Shown one piece after another: positions 36,619 through 46,317 of a stretch of DNA of 64,000 nucleotides. The notes beneath the pieces were generated by a model. It ran no database searches, was not told the origin of the DNA, and was given only the letters and a program-made list of their open reading frames with translations. The position numbers and the translations under genes were made by a program. Location: positions 32,001 through 96,000 of IMG/VR virus record IMGVR_UViG_3300017748_000002; one strand, written 5' to 3'. The DNA comes from a virus. The stretch's first letter is position 1. Each line of letters begins with the position of its first letter.

Positions 36619-37357
36619 GACAGTTATATTTCAGTTCGAGTTTGATCATAAAAAAGAAAATCCTCGAGTTCCTGATATTAGGTTAAAGATAGAGACTCAG
36701 TTTGTAATTGACACGTGTATTGAATCTGTGAGAGATTACGCAGACAAACATGGTTATGACTATTGTTTAATTACAGATCCTCATCCGAACTCACCAGATG
36801 ATAAGCCATACTATGACAGAGACTTTACTTCTGAATGGTTATATTGGTTAGGAGATCTTTCAGAAAAATACGATGATATTATTGTAGTTGATACTGACGT
36901 ATATGTTGTTAATGACGAACATCCATTTCCACTAGACAATACTGGATATTTTTGTTATGCGCTTAACATGAGCGCAGATAATCATTTCTTGAATGGAAAA
37001 AGTCTTAAAAAAATACAAGAATCTCTTGGGCAATCTAAAATAATGTTTACTAATTCCGGAGTAGTAAAGTTAGATAAAAAGACTGCTAAAAAAATAAATG
37101 ATTGGTTTATTTCAAATAGAGACGACAACTACGAAATGGTAACATCGCATGAAATACACTATAGTGATCAGGTTCATATTTTAAAATATTTAATTGAGAA
37201 TCCAGAAGATTTTAATCCAACGATGCCAAGACCGTTCAATTACATTCCAGACACAGAGATAAAGAAAGATCCTGAAGCTTATTTTTATCATTTAACAGAT
37301 CCACAAGATACACCATTGTATGAAATGCTATGTACAGTATTAAAAAAGTACACCTAG
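36605..37357 (+). CDS. GT-A-like glycosyltransferase (GT8/GT34-like)
   Basis: SVRDYADKHGYDY, VVDTDV (DxD), NSGVV, SDQ, FYH. Confidence 0.68.
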   Translation: MEKNKTVIFQFEFDHKKENPRVPDIRLKIETQFVIDTCIESVRDYADKHGYDYCLITDPHPNSPDDKPYYDRDFTSEWLYWLGDLSEKYDDIIVVDTDVYVVNDEHPFPLDNTGYFCYALNMSADNHFLNGKSLKKIQESLGQSKIMFTNSGVVKLDKKTAKKINDWFISNRDDNYEMVTSHEIHYSDQVHILKYLIENPEDFNPTMPRPFNYIPDTEIKKDPEAYFYHLTDPQDTPLYEMLCTVLKKYT

Positions 37358-38316
37358 AACCAACTCAACTTTGTCAAGCAATGTGTCCAATGTGTGACCG
37401 AGTAACGCTTGATGGTGAGTTGAATCATCGTGTAAACAACACATCGCTTTCTATTCAAGATGTAAAAAATATCTTTTCAAAAGAATTTATTCAACAACTA
37501 GATGAAATGTACATGTGTGGTAACCTCGGCGATCCGATGTTAGCACCTGACTGTCTCGAGATCTTTGAATATTTTCGTGAAGCCAATCCAAACATCTATC
37601 TGTCTATGAATACAAATGGTGGAGCTCGTAAGCCAGAGTTTTGGAAGAACCTAGCAAATCTAACAAGTCATGTTACATTCTCAATAGATGGGCTTGAAGA
37701 CACAAATGGGGTTTACAGAAAAGGCGTAATATGGTATAATATAATTAACAATGTGAAGGAGTTTATCAATGCCGGTGGAAAAGCAAAATGGGACTATCTG
37801 GTCTTTGAACACAACGAACATCAAATCGAATTGGCAGAACAATTATCAAAAGAACTTGGATTTGTGGAATTCCGTCCAAAAACCACGAATCGTTATGACA
37901 AAGAAAGACCAGCATGGCAGACTTACTGGCGAGGAAAACAGCGAGAAGTCTTAAAGCCGCCAAAGCAAGAGAAATACCAAAGTGAAGTAGTGAACAACCC
38001 TTTAAAGGACAGAGAACATGTTGCCATATCTCCGAAATGCGTCAAAAACAGAGAAATTTACGTGGCTGCTACAGGACACGTCTTTCCGTGTTGCTGGGCT
38101 CATACGTCGGCTGTATCGAGTCAAAATATTTCTTTGGAAGAAAGGTTGGATATCCGATCTTTAGTTGTAGAGAATAATGCTAAAGAAGTCGGAATAAATA
38201 AAGCTGTAGAATGGTTTGAAAATATTTTTGAACGATGGGATACTGATGATAAGCCGTTTGTTTGTTCGGCTAAATGTAATATGAAACAAGATACGGTAAA
38301 ACTGCAATATGTATAA
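37330..38316 (+). CDS. Radical SAM enzyme with C-terminal SPASM/twitch-like domain (subfamily C)
   Basis: CQAMCPMC, GNLGDP, TNGG, SIDGLEDTN, FEHNEHQIE, C...IYV.A.G.VFPCCW, C..KC. Confidence 0.9.
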   Translation: MYSIKKVHLEPTQLCQAMCPMCDRVTLDGELNHRVNNTSLSIQDVKNIFSKEFIQQLDEMYMCGNLGDPMLAPDCLEIFEYFREANPNIYLSMNTNGGARKPEFWKNLANLTSHVTFSIDGLEDTNGVYRKGVIWYNIINNVKEFINAGGKAKWDYLVFEHNEHQIELAEQLSKELGFVEFRPKTTNRYDKERPAWQTYWRGKQREVLKPPKQEKYQSEVVNNPLKDREHVAISPKCVKNREIYVAATGHVFPCCWAHTSAVSSQNISLEERLDIRSLVVENNAKEVGINKAVEWFENIFERWDTDDKPFVCSAKCNMKQDTVKLQYV

Positions 38317-39373
38317 CGTGAAAATGATACACTTCGAACCAACTCAAATGTGTCAGGCTTCTTGTCCTATGTGTGATAGGAATAAGAATGGCGGAGAAGT
38401 CAATCAACATTTAAAAGACGAGTCAATGACTTTGGAAGGTTTTCAGAAAGCCTTTTCACCAGAGTTCTTGGCACAACTTGAAACATTTTATTTCTGCGGT
38501 AATCATGGTGATCCAATCTTTGCTCCAGAAATGTTAGAGATAGCGGAGTATGTACGTGAGTGTAGTCCTGATATTCATATGTTTGTTACTACTAATGGTG
38601 GTGCTCGTAAACCTGAATGGTGGGAACGACTAGCCCCTATTGTAGACTTTGTCAACTTTTCGGTTGATGGCTTACAAGATACAAATCACTTCTATCGCCA
38701 AGGTGTAAAGTGGGATCATGTTGAAGAAAACATGTCTGCCTTCTGTGATGCTGGTGGTCATGCTAAATGGACATTTCTTGTATTCAACTATAACGAACAC
38801 CAAATTGAACAAGCTCGTATGTTTTCTAAGATTATTGGTGTAAAAGACTTTATAGTTAAAAAGTCAGGCCGATACATTAACACAGCTAATCTACAAAAGA
38901 AAGATGATCATCAAGCTGTTTTTCGTGGCCAAGACTCTATGCGATTATCTCCTCCAAAGAATCCAAAATATAGAAATAAAGCTATTGACGAGGACTATGA
39001 TAAGATCGTAGAAAAGTTTGGTTCAATGGACAACTTTATTGATGTTGCTGAGATCAAACCTAAGTGTATGCAGAAAAATGAGATCTATGTTTCGGCTGAA
39101 GGTTTAGTCTTTCCATGTTGCTGGTTAGCTGGCCAAGTCTATAAATGGTGGAGACCAGTTGAAGACTCACAAGAATATAAAGTGATTATGTCAACTGGAG
39201 GTTTTGAAAAGATTAACGTTCACTATACTCCACTTGAAAACATTATGGAAGGTGACTTCTTTGCAACAGTTAAGAATAGTTGGGATATTCATGGTGTTGG
39301 TCAAGGGCGAATGAAAACGTGTGGAACAAAATGTAATGTAGGATTTGATCCCTTCTTAGCGCAATGGACATGA
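38309..39373 (+). CDS. Radical SAM enzyme with C-terminal SPASM/twitch-like domain (subfamily C)
   Basis: CQASCPMC, GNHGDP, TNGG, SVDGL, NEHQIE, FPCCW, C..KC. Confidence 0.9.
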   Translation: MYNVKMIHFEPTQMCQASCPMCDRNKNGGEVNQHLKDESMTLEGFQKAFSPEFLAQLETFYFCGNHGDPIFAPEMLEIAEYVRECSPDIHMFVTTNGGARKPEWWERLAPIVDFVNFSVDGLQDTNHFYRQGVKWDHVEENMSAFCDAGGHAKWTFLVFNYNEHQIEQARMFSKIIGVKDFIVKKSGRYINTANLQKKDDHQAVFRGQDSMRLSPPKNPKYRNKAIDEDYDKIVEKFGSMDNFIDVAEIKPKCMQKNEIYVSAEGLVFPCCWLAGQVYKWWRPVEDSQEYKVIMSTGGFEKINVHYTPLENIMEGDFFATVKNSWDIHGVGQGRMKTCGTKCNVGFDPFLAQWT

Positions 39374-40308
39374 AAGTAGCTCAATTACAAGCCGATATTA
39401 CTACGTATTGTAATAGCCATTGTGGTGGATGTATACGAAATATTGATGGAGGAGAAACGTGTGTTGATCTAGTACATCTTCCACTTAATATCTTCAGAAA
39501 AATAAACTTTAGTGATATTGAAGTAGTATATTTTAATGGAGCTTATGGCGATTTTACAATGCACCCTGATGGTATTCAATTTATTGATTCTATTCCTGAG
39601 CACGTTGTCATTGATATTTCAACCAATGGTGGCACAAGAAATAAAGGATGGTGGCAGCTGCTGGCTAAAACACTCAGTAAATTCACAGCAAGAGTTAGCT
39701 TTGCAATCGATGGTCTATCCACAAATCATTTATACAGACGTGGAGTCGACACTGAAAAAGTTTTAGATAATGCAGAAGCATTTATTCAAGCTGGAGGAAG
39801 AGCCAGATGGAAGTATATTATGTTCGAACACAATAAGCATGAAATTGAAACTGCAAGTCAATTAGCTCGCGATATTGGATTCGAATCATTCGTAATGGTT
39901 GAATCATACAACGAAGAAATATATCAAAAGAAATATAAAAACTTTTCAGAAAGCGTTGCAAAAAGAATTCCGCTCGATGAATCGTATAATTGGAGATCAA
40001 GAAGTCTAGAATATCCTGAAGACTACGAAGATAACCACCCGTGTCGTTGGAGAAATAAAAGACGAGCTCAACTTGATGCGTGGGGTAATATATGGCAATG
40101 TTGTTACATGCCTTCGATAGCCACTCAAAAAGATACAAAAATGTTTGAAGAATTAAGCATGTTAAAGCTTGAAAATAATTTGCATTCAGATGAATACGAC
40201 AACATTCTTCAAAGTAGTTTCTTTGCTGAATTATTCGATGAACCTCTAGAAGCTTGCAAGAAATGTGAAGAGTACGATAATGAAAAAGTTAATTTTTCAA
40301 TTCTTTAA
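39364..40308 (+). CDS. Radical SAM enzyme with C-terminal SPASM/twitch-like domain (subfamily C)
   Basis: CNSHCGGC, GAYGD, TNGG, AIDGL, FEHNKHEIE, WQCCY, C.KC. Confidence 0.88.
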   Translation: MDMKVAQLQADITTYCNSHCGGCIRNIDGGETCVDLVHLPLNIFRKINFSDIEVVYFNGAYGDFTMHPDGIQFIDSIPEHVVIDISTNGGTRNKGWWQLLAKTLSKFTARVSFAIDGLSTNHLYRRGVDTEKVLDNAEAFIQAGGRARWKYIMFEHNKHEIETASQLARDIGFESFVMVESYNEEIYQKKYKNFSESVAKRIPLDESYNWRSRSLEYPEDYEDNHPCRWRNKRRAQLDAWGNIWQCCYMPSIATQKDTKMFEELSMLKLENNLHSDEYDNILQSSFFAELFDEPLEACKKCEEYDNEKVNFSIL

Positions 40309-40927
40309 AGAACAGCCTTTGTTTCATGGTGATGAACGAGATACACTCGGGGTGCAGATTGTTCCGTATTCTATTCGTACTGTTTCAAATTATGCTCAAC
40401 GAATAGGTGCTGATTATAAGTTTGTCTCAAATAGAAAATTTAACCATTTACCAAGTGTACATTCTGAAAAGCTTCAATGTCTTATGGAAACAGGATATGA
40501 CAAAGTCTTAGCTCTTGACACAGACATAATTATTCCACCAGATACAGAGATAGATATATTTAATGAATATCGGCATTCACAGCTTGCTCTTAGAGGTTCG
40601 CCAAAACATTTAGGTTTAATGTCACGAATAAACGGTGGTGTTGTTTTATGGGATAAACAAACTATTGAGTTAGTCCAACCTATGTTAAACGAACTTCTTC
40701 AGTTAAACACAAAAAGAGATTTAATGTGGCATGACGAACATTTTATTCAGAGTTGTTGGATGGAATACGATATTGGTGTGACTGGACTCAAATGGGAATG
40801 GAATCGAAACGGTGAAGAGTATCATGACTGGAAACAACCGGCGTACTTTATACACTATGGCGCTGTAACAGAAGCTCGGCTTGCTTTTGATAAAAAACAT
40901 TGGGATGACAGACTATGCGGATTTTAG
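40280..40927 (+). CDS. GT-A-like glycosyltransferase (GT8/GT34-like)
   Basis: YAQRIGADY, LALDTDI (DxD), INGGVVL, HDE, WN, FIHY. Confidence 0.68.
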   Translation: MKKLIFQFFKEQPLFHGDERDTLGVQIVPYSIRTVSNYAQRIGADYKFVSNRKFNHLPSVHSEKLQCLMETGYDKVLALDTDIIIPPDTEIDIFNEYRHSQLALRGSPKHLGLMSRINGGVVLWDKQTIELVQPMLNELLQLNTKRDLMWHDEHFIQSCWMEYDIGVTGLKWEWNRNGEEYHDWKQPAYFIHYGAVTEARLAFDKKHWDDRLCGF

Positions 40928-42237
40928 GTATTAGTGAAGGTTCACACGACGCAGCATGGACATTGGTTGAAGCAGCTACAATTGTAGAAGCTCATCATGT
41001 TGAGAGACATACTCGAGTAAAAAATGATAAGTGGTTAAACAAAGATCTTCTTCCAGAAGCTGACATTGTTGTAGGACACGAGAATAAGTATCGTGTTCGT
41101 AGTCGAAACGCAATTGCTGGTCAAGAACATCAACAAGAAAATATCGAAACAGATACTGACTATAACCACTACGACACTCATGCATGGGCTGGCTGGTCTA
41201 CTTCTTCATTTGAAGACTGTGATATTCTTTGTGTCGATGCTATTGGTGAAATGGAGACTGGCGCTGCATACACTATGCGAGATCGAGTGTTGACCAAAAC
41301 ATGGGAAATGAAATACCCAAAAAGTATTGGTCTAGCGTATTCTGCCGTGACTGCTGCTCTTGGTTATAAGCCTATGGAAGAAGAATATATTGTCATGGGT
41401 TTAGCTGCCTATGGCGAACCACTATATGACTTCGACTATCTTATGGATACCAATTGTCATAAAGGAATTGAACTGCCTAACGGAAGACCAGAAGATATTG
41501 CTGCATCAATTCAAGTATTCTATGAAAAGCAATTATTGAATCTTGTTAAAGAGTATTGCCATCACGAAAATCTAGTACTGATGGGTGGCTGCGCTTTGAA
41601 TTGTGTAGCCAATTCTAGAATCGAAGGAAAGAATATATGGATCATGCCAAATCCCGGAGATGCCGGTTCATCTCTTGGAGCAGTAGCTGCTTTTTACGAA
41701 GATAAATTAGATTGGGAGGGACCTTATCTTGGAACTAATATCGAAAATGAAATTAATCCTCGTGAGATTGCTCGATATATTGCTGAGCACGGTGTGTGTG
41801 GCGTGGCTAACGGTCGTGCTGAGTTTGGCCCTCGTGCCCTTGGTAATCGTAGCCTTCTTGCTGACCCCCGTCGCGATGTTAAAGACACGGTCAACGAAAT
41901 CAAAAGAAGACAAAAATTTAGACCCTTTGCACCGGCCATCTTGGAAGAATGTGCCGAGCAGTTTTTTGAAGGACCAATGAATGAGTACATGCAATTTGTG
42001 GCAAAAGCTAAACATGATTATAAGTCCGTCACTCATGTGGATGGGACGGCAAGAGTACAAATAGTCAGACAAAAGACTTATGGATCTCAGATTCGAAAGA
42101 TCCTTGAAGAATTTACTGATATTACTGGTTGTCCGATGTTATTGAATACAAGTCTCAATATTAAAGGAGAACCAATGGTTGATAGTTGGGAACACGCAGA
42201 AGAATGGATGAAAAAATACAACGTAAACGTCTTTTAA
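40915..42237 (+). CDS. O-carbamoyltransferase (NodU/CmcH/TobZ family)
   Basis: ILGISEG.HDAA, DAIGE, EY.VMGLAAYG, GGCALNCVAN, GDAGSSLGA, EFGPRALGNRSLLADP, FRPFAP, HVDGTARVQ, LLNTSLN.KGEP.V. Confidence 0.95.
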   Translation: MRILGISEGSHDAAWTLVEAATIVEAHHVERHTRVKNDKWLNKDLLPEADIVVGHENKYRVRSRNAIAGQEHQQENIETDTDYNHYDTHAWAGWSTSSFEDCDILCVDAIGEMETGAAYTMRDRVLTKTWEMKYPKSIGLAYSAVTAALGYKPMEEEYIVMGLAAYGEPLYDFDYLMDTNCHKGIELPNGRPEDIAASIQVFYEKQLLNLVKEYCHHENLVLMGGCALNCVANSRIEGKNIWIMPNPGDAGSSLGAVAAFYEDKLDWEGPYLGTNIENEINPREIARYIAEHGVCGVANGRAEFGPRALGNRSLLADPRRDVKDTVNEIKRRQKFRPFAPAILEECAEQFFEGPMNEYMQFVAKAKHDYKSVTHVDGTARVQIVRQKTYGSQIRKILEEFTDITGCPMLLNTSLNIKGEPMVDSWEHAEEWMKKYNVNVF

Positions 42238-43031
42238 TTACCGGCGGATGTAGCCACTCAGATAGCAACTATAGTGTTTATAAAAGCCGTAATATCAAGA
42301 CGTGGCCAGAACTCGTAGCTAGTCAATTAAACTGTGATTTAATAAATGTTGCTAAAAAGGGCATGGGAAATGACTATATCAGCGGTGCCTTAATGGATGC
42401 TGTGATGGATAATAAAGATCGTGATATTGTAGTTATGATCTTGTGGACATCCGGTGATAGGTGCAATCTATTCGACGTCGGTACGTTATGGCATCAAAGA
42501 GAAACGCTAGCATATCATGAAAAACGAAAATTAGAACCCGGACCTGATGGACCTGTTCCGGGAGAAGCCGATGCATCGTTTGAAGATGCTGTTTGGCCAT
42601 ATAGTGATGATTGGTTTTATATTGATGAAAAAACCTTAAATCATAATTTAAGATCTATATGGACTATTGATCATCTTTGTAGGACGTTAAGAATACCTAT
42701 ATATCATAGACAAGCATATTCATTAGTTAATTCTATCACGTACACCGGCATGTATCATTATGAAGGCCAATACACCGATCTAGAAATAAAAATGAATCAG
42801 CTCGAGAGGCAGCATAAACTTCTTCAAGCAGTACCGAAGAGTAGATGGTACATTGATTATCGTGATTGGCGTAATGGATTTAAAATTGGTAATATGCCAC
42901 AGATGTGGATTAACGATGGAACGAATGGAGAACCTGTTGATGGCCATCCAAATCAAAGAGGGCATGAATGGATAGCAAAAGACTTCTTATCACTGCAGGA
43001 TGCAGCTTTACAGAACCAACGTTCTATTTAG
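42204..43031 (+). CDS. SGNH-like esterase or acyltransferase (array copy 1)
   Basis: LLITGGCSHS, WPELVA, NVAKKGMGND, DRDIVVMILWT, DGHPNQRGH; likely start ATG 42204. Confidence 0.72.
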   Translation: MDEKIQRKRLLITGGCSHSDSNYSVYKSRNIKTWPELVASQLNCDLINVAKKGMGNDYISGALMDAVMDNKDRDIVVMILWTSGDRCNLFDVGTLWHQRETLAYHEKRKLEPGPDGPVPGEADASFEDAVWPYSDDWFYIDEKTLNHNLRSIWTIDHLCRTLRIPIYHRQAYSLVNSITYTGMYHYEGQYTDLEIKMNQLERQHKLLQAVPKSRWYIDYRDWRNGFKIGNMPQMWINDGTNGEPVDGHPNQRGHEWIAKDFLSLQDAALQNQRSI

Positions 43032-43729
43032 AAAAAAATATCCTTCCTTGGCCGAATATTATTGCTGATGGAGTAGGATTTGATATTTTAAATGTTGGCA
43101 GAGGTGGAGCAGGACAAGACTATATTTCAAATGCGGTTATCGATGCAGTGATGGAAAATCAAGATCGAGATCCAATTGTCATGGTGCTTTGGTCAGAGTT
43201 TTCTAGAATTAATCTATATGATTTTTGTACAAAATGGGTATCAACAAATAGCAGAGTTCTTGATACAATTCCTAAGCCTCCATCTGAAAATATGAATCCA
43301 CATGTGGGTATGACTATGAGTGAAAAAGATATTATGATAGCAAGAAATCAATTTAGAATCATGTGGAGAACTAAGAAATTTGTTGAGGATCTAGGCTTTG
43401 AGTTTTTTGCAAAGATAGGTATTAGCAGCCTCTATCAAATCATGCAGATAGCTGATGGTGGAGACAGAGAAAAACGAGCTATTCACTATGGAATGCTGAG
43501 AAAAAACATTTTAAAAGATTTTTACTTTCAGAATTCTGGTATCACTATGAAAGAACTTGAAGAAGGTTTACCGCAGCATCCAAGAGAAACTGATCCTCAA
43601 TCTTTTCTAGACACCGGAATATTTTTAGAGTGTCGACACCCAAATCAGGCAGGACACGAAATCATTGCTGATGCTTTTCTAGGAAAGTATTTAAAAGCAC
43701 ACGAACCACCGGTATTCATCTATGACTAA
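42968..43729 (+). CDS. SGNH-like esterase or acyltransferase (array copy 2)
   Basis: LLITAGCSFT, NVGRGGAGQD, DRDPIVMVLWS, CRHPNQAGH. Confidence 0.72.
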   Translation: MDSKRLLITAGCSFTEPTFYLEKNILPWPNIIADGVGFDILNVGRGGAGQDYISNAVIDAVMENQDRDPIVMVLWSEFSRINLYDFCTKWVSTNSRVLDTIPKPPSENMNPHVGMTMSEKDIMIARNQFRIMWRTKKFVEDLGFEFFAKIGISSLYQIMQIADGGDREKRAIHYGMLRKNILKDFYFQNSGITMKELEEGLPQHPRETDPQSFLDTGIFLECRHPNQAGHEIIADAFLGKYLKAHEPPVFIYD

Positions 43730-44639
43730 AAAACTTCTTATCACTGGCGGATGTAGTAATACTACGCAGAAATATTGGGCCTATACTGAAAAGTCAATTA
43801 TCGTTTGGCCAACAATTGTAGCACAAGATATGGACTGGGATCTATTAAATCTTGGAATTGCTGGTTCATCTAATGATAGTATTGAAAATTCTGTGTATGA
43901 CGCTGTTTTAGAGAATCAAGATAGAGACATTGTTGTAATGATGTTCTGGACAGAACCGTGTAGAGGCACATGGTGGGATCTAGATCATTATCAATTACAC
44001 GGTACACGAGACAGATATACTCTTTGGTCTGGTGTTGAAAAGAAGTATCCAGAAATCGATCATGTTGAATTTTGTCGAAGATTTGACCAGCTTGATGATT
44101 GGAGCTTTTTAGCTTGGTTGAAAGACAGAAGTTACTTTCCAAACAATTGGGCAAAAGAACCATTTGACCAACATCTCAAATACATGTATCTAATTCAAGA
44201 TATTATGAAAAGACATTTATTGTCATTAGCATATAACGACGACAGGATGTTAGAAGTCGATGCACAGATGGTAGACTTCAGTCTCAGATCTATGGTTCGT
44301 CTAAAAGGTTTTCTCGATTCACTAAAAATACCAACCGTTCATAAGTATAGTTTATCAATGACAGAAACTATGCCTTGGTCGTATCCTCATTGGAAAGATG
44401 ATCCATTAGACATTAAAGAAAAAGCAATGATGATGAGAAGAAAAGAAGGTCTTCAACGGCATTGTAGTAAACATCCACGTATTAAAGAAATGGGAATGTC
44501 TCGCAAAGATTGGCAAAATGGTTGGTGCGATTTTAATAAGAGAGAACAAGGATATTTACTTGACTGCGGTCACCCTAATCAAAAAGGACAGAACCTTATA
44601 GCTGATGAGTTTATCGAATGCGTAAACTCCTTATTGTAG
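43722..44639 (+). CDS. SGNH-like esterase or acyltransferase (array copy 3)
   Basis: LLITGGCSNT, NLGIAGSSND, DRDIVVMMFWT, CGHPNQKGQ. Confidence 0.72.
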   Translation: MTKKLLITGGCSNTTQKYWAYTEKSIIVWPTIVAQDMDWDLLNLGIAGSSNDSIENSVYDAVLENQDRDIVVMMFWTEPCRGTWWDLDHYQLHGTRDRYTLWSGVEKKYPEIDHVEFCRRFDQLDDWSFLAWLKDRSYFPNNWAKEPFDQHLKYMYLIQDIMKRHLLSLAYNDDRMLEVDAQMVDFSLRSMVRLKGFLDSLKIPTVHKYSLSMTETMPWSYPHWKDDPLDIKEKAMMMRRKEGLQRHCSKHPRIKEMGMSRKDWQNGWCDFNKREQGYLLDCGHPNQKGQNLIADEFIECVNSLL

Positions 44640-45505
44640 GCGGAGACAGTAATACAGATTCTACGTATACAGAAAACGTAAAGAACAACATTTTTTCATG
44701 GCCACATTCTGTCGCGGACAAAATGGATTGGGACTTGCTAAACGTTGCTCAAATGGGACGTTCTAATGAGTCAATAGAGAATAGAGTTTATGACGCTGTT
44801 GTAGAGAATCAAGACAGAGATATTGTCGTGATGGTTTTATGGTCTCAATCGATCAGGCAATCACCGTTTGATCTTTTTAATATTATATTTACAAACGACA
44901 AAAGACAATTCAACGAATTTCAGACTTCTAAATTTCTAACAAATTTTCCGGGAATGGATATTGAAAAGTGGGAAGATATTCTTTTTATTGAAAATAATAA
45001 TTTAAGCTATAATAAATGGATTGAAACAAGAGAATATTTGCCAAAGTCTGCAGATTATAATCAGCCATATGATTTACAGACTAAACATACGTATATACTA
45101 GAACAAATACTTAAATTCAAATTTCAAGATACCGATGATGTGTATCATCTTGATGAAAAGATTTTACACTTCAATCTCAGATCTATGAGAAGATTAAAAC
45201 TTTTTCTTGACAGCTTAGGTATTCGTAGTATATTTAAGTCTGGGCTTTCAGTGACTCGTAGCATTCCAGGAATGTTTTCTCCTTGGATTCAAGATCATGA
45301 TCTAAAGCAAAAAACACTCAATATAAAAAGGCTAAATAGATTGAATAGTGTTTGTAAAGAAAAGTTAGATTTTGAATTAAGTGATTGGGAAGAAGGATTA
45401 ATCTGGGCTTTGAGTAAGCACGGTCATGTGATGGAATGTAACCATCCAACTCAAACTGGTCATGAAATAATTGCTAAGGAATTTATAAAATGCGCAAACT
45501 ATTAA
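44618..45505 (+). CDS. SGNH-like esterase or acyltransferase (array copy 4)
   Basis: LLIVGGDSNT, NVAQMGRSNE, DRDIVVMVLWS, CNHPTQTGH. Confidence 0.72.
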   Translation: MRKLLIVGGDSNTDSTYTENVKNNIFSWPHSVADKMDWDLLNVAQMGRSNESIENRVYDAVVENQDRDIVVMVLWSQSIRQSPFDLFNIIFTNDKRQFNEFQTSKFLTNFPGMDIEKWEDILFIENNNLSYNKWIETREYLPKSADYNQPYDLQTKHTYILEQILKFKFQDTDDVYHLDEKILHFNLRSMRRLKLFLDSLGIRSIFKSGLSVTRSIPGMFSPWIQDHDLKQKTLNIKRLNRLNSVCKEKLDFELSDWEEGLIWALSKHGHVMECNHPTQTGHEIIAKEFIKCANY

Positions 45506-46317
45506 TTGTTGGCGGATGTAGTTGGTCTAATCCGAACGAAGAATGCTATCACGTTGCTGGGATCGATAAGATCTGGCCTGAAATGGTAGCAGAATTTCTT
45601 GACATGGATTTAATTAACGTATCAGAAGGTGGAGCTGGAAACGATTATATTTACGGTCAGACATTAGATGCTATCGAAGAAAACAAAAATCGTGATATTG
45701 TCGTTATGGCTCTTTGGTCGCAGGCAATCCGAATGGTGCCATTTGATTTACCGATCGGTCAATTTACATTTGGTGTTCATACTCCAATGTTGGTACCGCC
45801 TATTGGTCCGCTCAAAGAAGATATTCAAGAAAGATTTAGAGATCTTTTTTGGTTACACGTTTATGATCAGGATGCTCCGATGCATCTTCAATTAACAAAG
45901 GAAGAATTCTGGACAAAAATTGCGAATGTTTCTCTTCGAAATATTTACATGCTTGATCACTACTGTAAAACAAGAGATATTCCTATTCTTCATCACCGTG
46001 CTCTTCATACTCTTGCTGGCATTGAATGGTTATTGAAAAAGCAAATCAATTTTCAATTGAGAAAACAAGTCTTTGATGCTTGCCAAAACAATCAATATTA
46101 TCAGAAGATTCAAAAATTTAAAAATATCGTAGGACATCCAAATTTCTTTGAACCGGGTTCTAGTTGTTTTGATCTCTACGAAAAATATTACATTACACCA
46201 CAAGAAAAACACCCAAATACACAAGGGCATATGTTAATTGCTAACAGTTTTGTAAACAAATATATAGAACTATACGAAGAAAGATCTACATCAGAACCGA
46301 GTTTTGTCTATGAATGA
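45490..46317 (+). CDS. SGNH-like esterase or acyltransferase (array copy 5)
   Basis: LLIVGGCSWS, NVSEGGAGND, NRDIVVMALWS, EKHPNTQGH. Confidence 0.72.
   Translation: MRKLLIVGGCSWSNPNEECYHVAGIDKIWPEMVAEFLDMDLINVSEGGAGNDYIYGQTLDAIEENKNRDIVVMALWSQAIRMVPFDLPIGQFTFGVHTPMLVPPIGPLKEDIQERFRDLFWLHVYDQDAPMHLQLTKEEFWTKIANVSLRNIYMLDHYCKTRDIPILHHRALHTLAGIEWLLKKQINFQLRKQVFDACQNNQYYQKIQKFKNIVGHPNFFEPGSSCFDLYEKYYITPQEKHPNTQGHMLIANSFVNKYIELYEERSTSEPSFVYE

Noticed and set aside
35860-46317. Shared C-terminal P-x-(x)-(F/Y)-(V/I)-Y-(D/E) tail on three SGNH proteins as a docking signal
   Set aside because: The Y-D/E is produced by the overlapping ATG of the next gene (TATGA), and the rest can be explained by paralogy.
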